DNA from: Leptonemataceae bacterium
GTDB taxonomy: Bacteria > Spirochaetota > Leptospiria > Leptospirales > Leptonemataceae
Direction of reading: 5' to 3'
NCBI GenBank assembly: GCA_965227295.1
Contig: OZ245742.1
Coordinates: 1,536,001 to 1,600,000, forward strand
DNA: 64,000 nucleotides
Shown: positions 39,897-47,626 of the stretch, piece by piece
Numbering within the stretch: the stretch's first letter is position 1
Layout of the letters: each line of letters begins with the position of its first letter
Translations under genes and position numbers: made by a program
Notes under the pieces: generated by a model
What the model was told of the DNA's origin: nothing
Databases searched by the model: none
What the model saw: the letters and a program-made list of their open reading frames with translations, nothing else

Positions 39897-39987
39897 TTGT
39901 TTTCGATTTAAGTTTAGTAAGTTTAATATTAAGGAGTTTGGAGTCGTAGAATTGTTTCGAAAGCTCCGGGCAGTTTAGGAGGGCAGA

Positions 39988-41499
39988 ATGCCGACATATC
40001 TATCACCAGGTGTGTATGTAGAAGAAGTGCCGGCCGGCACCCAGCCCATCGAGGGCGTGGGTACGTCCACGGGGGCTTTCGTAGGAATCGCAGACCGCGG
40101 TCCGGTCGACGAACCAAAGCTCATTACGAATTTCACGCAATACGTGGAAACGTTCGGGCGATACGGCGCGTCGGGGGATCCAGGTTTTCTGGCGCATTCC
40201 GTTTTTTCGTTTTTCGCTGAAGGCGGAACTCGTTGTTACGTCGTTCGTGTTTTGGGGCCGGCTGCCGCCGCGGCAACCGCGACTCCGCAGGAGACTTCCA
40301 CGGATTCTTTTACGATGACGGGGTTGATCAAGGGAGAATGGGGAAACCGTCTCAGCTACATGATCGAAGATCCGGGTACCGAGTCCGCGACCACTCACTT
40401 CAAGCTTACGATTCGCCATACCGAGAATATCGGCGGACGGCTCGTAAACACGGACGAGGTATACGACGACACGACTGCCACGACCGTAAACGCCGCTGTA
40501 AACGGGGTTTCGGCTCACGTATCGATCACTCTGGACAACGATGTTCGACCGGATAACACGAGTGACTTCGTCGCATTCACCGGCGGCGACAGTGACGAAA
40601 GCAACATCGATTTCATCGGCACCGTAGCCAGCGGCTCCGATCTCGGCACCGCGTTGCACGCTCTCGACCCCATCGATGAAGTCAATATTCTCGTCGTGCC
40701 GGATATTACGGACCGGGCTGATCATAGCGGCATTCTGAGTTGGTGCGAGCAGCGCGGTGACGTATTCGCCGTACTCGATACGCCGGCGGGCATCGATCCT
40801 TCGGCCGCGAAGGACTACAAGACGGCCTCGGGTTCGTACTCAGGTAATCCGTTCAACAGCGCCTACGGCGCATTGTACTACCCGCGGGTGTACGTCCGTG
40901 ATCCCAACGGCGGGGCGTCGCCGGTCTTGATTCCGTCTTCGGGTGCTGTTGCCGGTACTTACGCCAATACGGATGCGACTCGCGGTGTGTTTAAGGCTCC
41001 CGCAGGCACCGTGGATGGCGCACTGGCTTCCGTGGTCGGTCTCGAACGCCAGGTTACGATGGGCGAACACGACATCCTGAACCCGGAAGGCGTGAACGTA
41101 ATCCGCACATTCCCGTCTTCGGGCATTGTAATCTGGGGCGCGCGTACTCTTTCGGATCTCGCCGAAAACCGTTACGTTCCCGTGCGTCGTCTGCTGCTGT
41201 TCTTACAGGAGTCGCTCGACGAGGGCACGCAGTTCACCGTCTTCGAACCGAACGATCCGACGCTGTGGGGTAAGGTCCGCCGTACGTTGAACGCGTTCCT
41301 GACGCGAGTCTGGCGCGACGGCGCTCTCTTCGGCAACACGCCGGAAGAAGCGTTCTTCGTGAAGGTCGACGAAGAGAACAATCCGCCCGCCGTACGTGAC
41401 GCGGGTCAACTGATCGTCGAAGTGGGCGTCGCTCCCGTGAAACCCGCGGAATTCGTGATCATCCGCATCCAGCAGCAGTCCACGATTACGGGCAGCTGA
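39988..41499 (+). CDS. Contractile tail sheath protein
   Basis: MPTYLSPGVYVEEV, RGVFKAPA, LNPEGVNVIR, WGARTL, YVPVRR, VFEPN, APVKPAEFVIIRI. Confidence 0.96.
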   Translation: MPTYLSPGVYVEEVPAGTQPIEGVGTSTGAFVGIADRGPVDEPKLITNFTQYVETFGRYGASGDPGFLAHSVFSFFAEGGTRCYVVRVLGPAAAAATATPQETSTDSFTMTGLIKGEWGNRLSYMIEDPGTESATTHFKLTIRHTENIGGRLVNTDEVYDDTTATTVNAAVNGVSAHVSITLDNDVRPDNTSDFVAFTGGDSDESNIDFIGTVASGSDLGTALHALDPIDEVNILVVPDITDRADHSGILSWCEQRGDVFAVLDTPAGIDPSAAKDYKTASGSYSGNPFNSAYGALYYPRVYVRDPNGGASPVLIPSSGAVAGTYANTDATRGVFKAPAGTVDGALASVVGLERQVTMGEHDILNPEGVNVIRTFPSSGIVIWGARTLSDLAENRYVPVRRLLLFLQESLDEGTQFTVFEPNDPTLWGKVRRTLNAFLTRVWRDGALFGNTPEEAFFVKVDEENNPPAVRDAGQLIVEVGVAPVKPAEFVIIRIQQQSTITGS

Positions 41500-41530
41500 A
41501 GGAAAGTTAGCAATTTAGGAGGCTTATAGA

Positions 41531-41974
41531 ATGGCAACCGGAGATAGAATCGATCCGTTTCTCGGGTTTCGTTTCCGTGTGGAGATCGACGGCATTCAAA
41601 CCGCCGCGTTCTCCGAGGCGACGATCCCCGATACGACCACCCAGACCGCCGACTACCGCGAAGGTACCGACGTCAAGAACGTGCGCAAGCTGTCCGGTCT
41701 GAACCAGTACGGCAACGTTACGCTCAAGAAAGGCCTGAGCACCGGTCGCGAACTCAGTGACTGGCAGAACCTCTGCGAACAGTTCGGCGCGGCGAAGAAC
41801 CGCCGCACGATCTCGCTGATCCTGGTCGACGACGAAGGCAACGACTCGGCGCGCTGGGACGTACGCGAAGCGTGGCCGACCAAAATCAACACCACGGGCT
41901 TCAACGCCACGGGTAACTCCGTGATGATCGAAACCCTGGAAATCGTCAACGAAGGCGTGAGCCGGGTGGCGTAA
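41531..41974 (+). CDS. Tail tube protein (T4 gp19-like, Afp1)
   Basis: DPFLGFRFRVEIDG, YREG, KLSG, VTLKKG, AWPTK, IETLEI. Confidence 0.93.
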   Translation: MATGDRIDPFLGFRFRVEIDGIQTAAFSEATIPDTTTQTADYREGTDVKNVRKLSGLNQYGNVTLKKGLSTGRELSDWQNLCEQFGAAKNRRTISLILVDDEGNDSARWDVREAWPTKINTTGFNATGNSVMIETLEIVNEGVSRVA

Positions 41975-41983
41975 GTAAGATGC

Positions 41984-42013
41984 GCCGGGCGGTGTTCCGC
42001 CCGGCTATATTCT
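41984..42013 (+). terminator. Stem-loop after the major tube gene (partial terminator or mRNA stabiliser)
   Basis: GCCGGGCGG-TGTT-CCGCCCGGC followed by TATATTCT and an AT-rich spacer. Confidence 0.55.
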
Positions 42014-42061
42014 AAACATGTTAATAAATAAATAACCAACGAATTAATTCGGAGCTACACC

Positions 42062-42445
42062 ATGATGACGGAAGAAAGAGTGCAGACGGAGTTCGATTTC
42101 GAACTACCGCACGGCTACGTCGACCCGGAAACGGGCGCCGTACACAAAGTCGGAACCATGCGCCTGGCCACGGCGGCGGACGAGATCCTGCCCATGCGTG
42201 ATCCGCGGGTGCAGCAGAATCCGGCCTATTTAACGGTAATACTTTTATCCCGGGTGATTACCCGATTGGGAAGCGCGGGGAACGTAAGCCCGCGTACGAT
42301 TGAGAATCTCTTCGCGGCGGACTTCGCGCATCTACAGGAAATGTACAATCGCGTGAACCAGCACGGTGCAAACTCCGTGGCCGCGAAGTGTCCCGGCTGC
42401 GGTCACGCCTTCGAGGTGGAGGTGGATGCGCCGGGGGAGGGGTAA
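42062..42445 (+). CDS. Tail assembly chaperone-like protein (short form)
   Basis: TEFDFELPHGYVD..G.MRLATAADEI..NPAYL..LSRVI..LFAADF..L, CPGC, ends PGEG*; lies right after the tube gene. Confidence 0.78.
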   Translation: MMTEERVQTEFDFELPHGYVDPETGAVHKVGTMRLATAADEILPMRDPRVQQNPAYLTVILLSRVITRLGSAGNVSPRTIENLFAADFAHLQEMYNRVNQHGANSVAAKCPGCGHAFEVEVDAPGEG

Positions 42446-42648
42446 GGGGCTATCCCCTCGATCGAATTTACGAGGAGATAGCCTTCGTTTCGTACCATTT
42501 TCACTGGGATCACGCCACGTTGCTCCGTATGGAGCACCCCGAGCGTAAACGCTGGTGCGAGGAGATCAGTAAGATCAATCGCCGGCTGAGTGAAGAAGGT
42601 GAGGAGCGGTCCCTGGCTGCAGGCGTCGGAGAGCGAAGCATCTTTTAG
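42433..42648 (+). CDS. DUF6760 / P2 gpE'-like segment, probably expressed by -1 frameshift from the upstream chaperone
   Basis: YEEIAFVSYHFHW..LLRMEH.ER.RW.EEI in the -1 frame, with no start codon near the conserved segment. Confidence 0.72.
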   Translation, partial: GGGVRGYPLDRIYEEIAFVSYHFHWDHATLLRMEHPERKRWCEEISKINRRLSEEGEERSLAAGVGERSIF

Positions 42649-42687
42649 ATGCATGTATTTTTAAGTTACTGAGGACGGAGTAGGAAC

Positions 42688-43209
42688 ATGCCGGTTATCG
42701 GATTTGGAACAGCGGCGGCCATCGCCAAACGTGTCACGGGCACGCGCTTTGACCCGTTCATGGCGTACAACTTTCACCTGGAAATCGACGGGCTCATCGT
42801 CGGCGGGTTTCAGTCCATCTCCGGTCTCAGCATGACCACGGAAGTGAAGAAGTATCAGGAGGGCGGCCGCAACGACTTTGATCATCAGTTTCCGACGCGC
42901 ACGACGTATCCGGATCTCGTGCTGAAGCGCGGGATGTCCGACGTGGATCAGCTCTTCGGTTGGTACTACGACGTCACCCGCGGCATCGTGAAACGCAAGA
43001 GCGGTACGATCTACCTTCTCGATGATAACAGCGTGCCGATTACCTGGTGGGACTTCGAAGACGCCTTCCCGACGAAGTGGGAGGGGCCGTCCCTGGAATC
43101 CGGAAACACCGCCATCGCCACGGAGAGCATGACTCTCGTGCATCAGGGATTGAAACGCTCCGAGACGGCGCGTCTGTTGTCCGCGTTCCGAACGGTCCTG
43201 GGTGGATAA
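42688..43209 (+). CDS. Second tail tube protein (gp19-like, Afp5)
   Basis: DPFMAYNFHLEIDG, FQSISGL, YQEGG.N, LVLKRG, AFPTKWEGP. Confidence 0.92.
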   Translation: MPVIGFGTAAAIAKRVTGTRFDPFMAYNFHLEIDGLIVGGFQSISGLSMTTEVKKYQEGGRNDFDHQFPTRTTYPDLVLKRGMSDVDQLFGWYYDVTRGIVKRKSGTIYLLDDNSVPITWWDFEDAFPTKWEGPSLESGNTAIATESMTLVHQGLKRSETARLLSAFRTVLGG

Positions 43210-43236
43210 ACGTAATATAGATTAAACGAATATTAG

Positions 43237-44301
43237 ATGAAAACGGCACACGACATACTGCGGCGTTCGGTTCTACCCCGCCATCTGGACCGGCGTGTAT
43301 CGGCCCTGCGTTCGTTGAATACGCTCGCGGCCTTTGCGCAGAAGTACGATCTGCAAAGGCTGTGGCCCGAGCTACCGTACCTTGAGTTCCTGCGTCGCGG
43401 CCGGGAGCGTTCGGAGATCGTGCGGGAAGCCGTTGCGACGAAAACGCCGGCGGTGTATGCCACGCACGCGCATTTTGAAACGAAGATAATGATGTCGCCG
43501 ACATTGACGACGTTGATTCGCGAAACGAGCGGTTTACCGGTGCGGGAAATTCGTGTGCAGCAGGATCGATTGCTGTCCGAAACCGTCGAAGTTCCGCGCC
43601 TGAACGTCTTGATTCGGCAGATTTTTCGTGAGCGCAAACGGAAGTACGCGGTCCCGGTGAGCAGCGGAGAGCTCAAGCGCCCGGCCTCGTTATCGCCGGA
43701 TGTTACTAATGTTCAATCGGAGAGCATTAGCAAAGAAGAGACCGTAGCGGACGATTTTTCCCGGGAGATCGGGCATCCCCGTCGTCGGGGAGCCCCCGCG
43801 GAGCAAGCGACGAAAGCCGCGAGCGACTTTGCAAACACACCGGAGAGCTGGAAGGATCTGGCCCGGGAGATGATGTTGCGGGGCGGCGACGTTACCGAAA
43901 CCATTCGTGATTTTGCCGCGAAACACGAGACCGGGCAGCCGGGTCTCGAACCGGGTGCGGAACGCAGTCCGCACCGGAAGGGGAAACCCGCGGCGGATTG
44001 GGAGGCGCCGGCGTTGCGTTTGCCCGCGCGGCGCGAACCCATCGGGCGTGCGGCTTCGGAGGCGAAGAGCGAAGGTCGCCCGGAAATAAAAGAAGCCGTG
44101 CCCGTCGGCGGCGCGGGATTTGCGGAGCCGGCACAATCCGCGGTTCAGGAACGAACGCTTCACCCGGAGGCGATTGAACGTTCCGTGCGGCAGGCATTGC
44201 GTAATCTTCCACAATCAGAAGTTAACGTCTTTGCCGATCGGGTTTCGCGATCCATCGAAAATCGCGTACGCGTTGAGCGGGATTGGAGAGGGGATCTATG
44301 A
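43237..44301 (+). CDS. Hypothetical protein at the Afp6 position (plug, ruler or cargo candidate)
   Basis: Low-complexity middle; C-terminal helix ADRVSRSIENRVRVERDWRG; ATGA overlap with the next gene. Confidence 0.6.
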   Translation: MKTAHDILRRSVLPRHLDRRVSALRSLNTLAAFAQKYDLQRLWPELPYLEFLRRGRERSEIVREAVATKTPAVYATHAHFETKIMMSPTLTTLIRETSGLPVREIRVQQDRLLSETVEVPRLNVLIRQIFRERKRKYAVPVSSGELKRPASLSPDVTNVQSESISKEETVADDFSREIGHPRRRGAPAEQATKAASDFANTPESWKDLAREMMLRGGDVTETIRDFAAKHETGQPGLEPGAERSPHRKGKPAADWEAPALRLPARREPIGRAASEAKSEGRPEIKEAVPVGGAGFAEPAQSAVQERTLHPEAIERSVRQALRNLPQSEVNVFADRVSRSIENRVRVERDWRGDL

Positions 44302-45026
44302 ACACCAAAACTAAAGCAATCATTGTGTTTCAAACGAGCCTGGCGGACCTGGGCGCCCCCGAGGATTCCACGATCGGTCGGGCCGCGAAAGCCGGGGCCG
44401 CGGGGCCTCCCGGTGTGATTCCGGTGATGTTTAACCCGGCCGAGATCTCCGATGGTTACACCGCGCGATGGAATAAGCCTCTATCGAACTCGGAGACGGG
44501 CAAGAGCTATTACGATACAACGCGGGACACATTCACCGTAAATCTCTTCTTCGATACTACGGATGAGACCGGGCTGGTCGCCCGCAATGTCATGCTGCGC
44601 ATTCTGCCGTTACGGGCTCTCCTGAAGCCTACGATTTTCTTTCCGAAAGCGCAGAAGCCGCCGGTATGTCGATTCATCTGGGGCTCGTTCATATACACCG
44701 GGCACATTACGGCCATCAAAGAGAAGTACACGCTCTTTTCTCAGGAAGGGTTTCCCCTGCGGGCCGAAGTCAGTGTGACCTTTGAATCAAGCAAGACGGA
44801 GAAAGAAGCGGAGAAGGACAGCTCAAAGAAAAACAGCCGGAATCTGTGGACCGTGCGTTCCGGAGACCGCCTCGACTTGATTGCGTTCAAGGTCTACGGC
44901 AACGCGTCACGCTGGCCGTTGATCGCCGAAGAAAACGACATTGCGAATCCGCTGGAATTTCCCCGGGCGCCCGTCGGCAACGACCCCGGCGACTACGGCC
45001 GCGTGCTGGCGCTGCCGGATCTTTAG
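44298..45026 (+). CDS. Tube initiator with LysM domain (Afp7-like)
   Basis: VMFNPAE, LFFDT, PPVCRFIWG, YTLF..G.PLRA, LysM VRSGDRLDLIAFKVYG..W..IAEEN.I.NP. Confidence 0.88.
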   Translation: MNTKTKAIIVFQTSLADLGAPEDSTIGRAAKAGAAGPPGVIPVMFNPAEISDGYTARWNKPLSNSETGKSYYDTTRDTFTVNLFFDTTDETGLVARNVMLRILPLRALLKPTIFFPKAQKPPVCRFIWGSFIYTGHITAIKEKYTLFSQEGFPLRAEVSVTFESSKTEKEAEKDSSKKNSRNLWTVRSGDRLDLIAFKVYGNASRWPLIAEENDIANPLEFPRAPVGNDPGDYGRVLALPDL

Positions 45027-45045
45027 AGCACTAAGTAATAATCAA

Positions 45046-46137
45046 ATGGGATTAAGCAAAAGAGAATATTTCGGGAACTGCGAGGTCCGCAAAGACGGCG
45101 CGCCCATGGACCCGGCGGTCTCGTCCGCGCTGCAAAGCATTACCGTGGAGGATTGCCTCAACCGACCGGCAATGTTCAGTCTGGAGATGGCCTTGTTGCA
45201 CGAGATGCGCGACGGCATCAGCGGTAAGGAAATCCAGCGCATCAGCGAGAAGTTCTTCAATCGTTTCCTGCCGGGAACGGAAATGGATGTTCGCCTGGGC
45301 AACGAACTACCCGAGCCGCTCATGAAGGGGCGGGTGGCGGCCATTGAGCCGGAGTACGATTTTACAAATCCGCGTCTGATCATTCGCGGCTACGACCGGC
45401 TGTTCGATTTGCGCTTCGGGACGAAGCGGCGTTCGTTTACAGATACGCGGGACAGCGTCATCGCGCGTCGGCTGGCCACGGAGGCCGGTCTGATTCCCGC
45501 CGACGTGCGCAGCACGAGTACGGTGCACCCGTATCTTTTTCAAAACAACCAGTCCAACTACGACTTCCTGCTCGAACGCGCCCTGCGTTTGGATTTTGAA
45601 ATCTCAGTGGACGATCGTCGCTTTCGTTTCGGTCCGTCGAGGGAGGACTCGACGCCGGAGCTGGAGCTGGACTTTGCGCCCACCGGTCTGTTAAAGAACT
45701 TCTCCGTGCAGATGCGGACGCTCACGCAGCACAGCGAGGTCGAGATGCGCGGCTGGGATGCGAATCGTAAAAAAGTTATACGATCTAAGTCCCGCCCCGG
45801 GGACGAGGGCGTGCCGCCCCGCGCCGGCGAACGTAGCGGCTTTGACTATGCCCGGGTCGGTTTTTCCGCCGGCGCCACCGCCGTCGTGGACGAACCCCTG
45901 GTGGACGATCGCGACGCCGAGGCTCTCGCAGCCGCGAAGTATCGCCGCAGCCTGCGCAATTTTATTACCGGGCGCGGCGAGGCCCTGGGCGACGTACGCA
46001 TTCGCGCCGGCAACACCGTGCGCCTTACGGGGCTCGGCGAAAAATTCAGCGGCGTCTATTACGTGGTGTCCTCGAAGCATCGCTGGTCCACGGACGGCTA
46101 CTTTACATCTTTCGAAGTCCGGAGGCCGAATATATGA
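45046..46137 (+). CDS. Baseplate hub / late-control gpD-like protein (N-terminal half of a split VgrG)
   Basis: GYDRL..LR, DS.IA..LA, QNNQSNYDFL..RA, V.MRGWD, G..LGD..IRAG, FSG.YYV..H. Confidence 0.86.
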   Translation: MGLSKREYFGNCEVRKDGAPMDPAVSSALQSITVEDCLNRPAMFSLEMALLHEMRDGISGKEIQRISEKFFNRFLPGTEMDVRLGNELPEPLMKGRVAAIEPEYDFTNPRLIIRGYDRLFDLRFGTKRRSFTDTRDSVIARRLATEAGLIPADVRSTSTVHPYLFQNNQSNYDFLLERALRLDFEISVDDRRFRFGPSREDSTPELELDFAPTGLLKNFSVQMRTLTQHSEVEMRGWDANRKKVIRSKSRPGDEGVPPRAGERSGFDYARVGFSAGATAVVDEPLVDDRDAEALAAAKYRRSLRNFITGRGEALGDVRIRAGNTVRLTGLGEKFSGVYYVVSSKHRWSTDGYFTSFEVRRPNI

Positions 46138-46805
46138 GTCTACTGGACGCTTTCGATTCGACGAACGGCCGGCACGGTGCGGGGCGCGACGGCCTGCACG
46201 ATTCCAAAATCCTGGGCGTGGCCGTGGGTATTGTTACCGACAATCGGGACCCGGACGGCCGTGGCCGTGTTAAGTTGCGTTTGCCGAGACTTACCGGCGA
46301 CGACGAAAGTAACTGGGCCCGGGTCACCACCTTCATGGCAGGCAACGATATGGGTGCCGTCTTCATTCCGGAGGTGGATGACGAGGTCCTGGTCGTCTTC
46401 GAACACGGCGACGTAAACCTGCCGTACGTCATCGGCTCGCTGCACAACGGACGCGACAGGGCCCCGTACTCGAACAGTGACGGCCTGAACAAGGAACGCA
46501 TCATCAAGTCAAAGTCCGGCCACGTCGTACGCTTCGACGATAGCCCGGGCCAGGAAAAGATCGAGATCATCGATAAAACCGAGGACAACAAAATCGTCTT
46601 CGACTCCAGCGAGAACAAGATCACCATCGAGGCGAAGGGCGAGCTGGAACTCAAACTGGGTGACGACGGTACTTTCAAAATGTCCGCCGCGGATCTCGAA
46701 TTCGAGGCGGCGAAGTCCATCCGCATGACCTCCGCGGACGGCATTCAGATTCTCTCTCCATCCGGCGACGTGGTCGTTTTCGGAAAGGAGATTCGATTAA
46801 ATTAA
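46134..46805 (+). CDS. Spike / baseplate assembly protein V (gp5 OB-fold)
   Basis: GIVTDNRDPDGRGRVKL, WARV, FIPEVDDEVLVVFEHGD..PYVIGSL, SGH..FDD. Confidence 0.9.
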   Translation: MSLLDAFDSTNGRHGAGRDGLHDSKILGVAVGIVTDNRDPDGRGRVKLRLPRLTGDDESNWARVTTFMAGNDMGAVFIPEVDDEVLVVFEHGDVNLPYVIGSLHNGRDRAPYSNSDGLNKERIIKSKSGHVVRFDDSPGQEKIEIIDKTEDNKIVFDSSENKITIEAKGELELKLGDDGTFKMSAADLEFEAAKSIRMTSADGIQILSPSGDVVVFGKEIRLN

Positions 46806-46816
46806 CGTGGTATTTT

Positions 46817-47212
46817 ATGGGACGAGCAGCGGCAAAACAGGGCGACCTTGTAACCGGTTTCGACACGCATATGGTGTTGGTGACTCCGATCACCCCGCCG
46901 GTGCCGATTCCGGGACATAAGTTCAGCGGTGGAATCAACAGCGGGGTCTCGCCCAACGTGAAGATCGAGGGGCGCAAGGCGGCACTGAAGGGCGCCGGCG
47001 CCGTGAACAGTCCGCCGCATACGCCGAACGGCCTTTCGTTTCTGCCGCCGCCGAAGAACGAGGCCACCGTCACCGGCGGCAGCGCCACTGTGATGATCAA
47101 CGGCCTGCCGGCCGTGCGGGCCGGGGATTCGGCCACGACGTGCAACGATCCGCCGGTGCCGAACAGCGGAACGGTGGAAGTACCGTTTTCAACGGTAAAG
47201 ATCGGCGGCTAA
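46817..47212 (+). CDS. PAAR-like spike tip protein
   Basis: AAAKQGD..DTH, V.IEGRKAA, GSATVMINGLPAVRAGD..TCND, V.IGG. Confidence 0.85.
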   Translation: MGRAAAKQGDLVTGFDTHMVLVTPITPPVPIPGHKFSGGINSGVSPNVKIEGRKAALKGAGAVNSPPHTPNGLSFLPPPKNEATVTGGSATVMINGLPAVRAGDSATTCNDPPVPNSGTVEVPFSTVKIGG

Positions 47213-47230
47213 CTTTCAGGAAGTAGAACT

Positions 47231-47623
47231 ATGGCAGATGTAGATTTCTTAGGATCGGGGTTTCGTTTCCCCTTTTCGTTAACCGAAGGAGCCCTGGAGC
47301 TCTCGGAGGGGGAGGTGTCGATTCGAGAATCGATCCTGTTGATCCTGCGTACGCGAGCGGGCGAGCGGGTGATGCGCCCGGACTTCGGTTGCGGATTGAG
47401 CGAACTGATCTTCGCCGAGAACAACAGTACCACCGCGAGTCTTATGCAGACTACCGTGGAAGAAGCTCTGCTGGAATTCGAACCGCGCATTGACGTCGAA
47501 GAAGTGCGGGTGAGACCCGATCCTCTGGAAGAGAATCGCCTGAACATCGAAATCGACTACGTGATTCGTTCCGCGAACCGCCGCACGAATCTCGTGTATC
47601 CTTTTTACCTGGAGAACACATAA
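47231..47623 (+). CDS. gp25/GPW baseplate protein
   Basis: FLGSGFRFP, IRESI..IL.T..GERVMRPDFGC, FEPRI, NLVYPFY. Confidence 0.93.
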   Translation: MADVDFLGSGFRFPFSLTEGALELSEGEVSIRESILLILRTRAGERVMRPDFGCGLSELIFAENNSTTASLMQTTVEEALLEFEPRIDVEEVRVRPDPLEENRLNIEIDYVIRSANRRTNLVYPFYLENT

Positions 47624-47626
47624 GTC

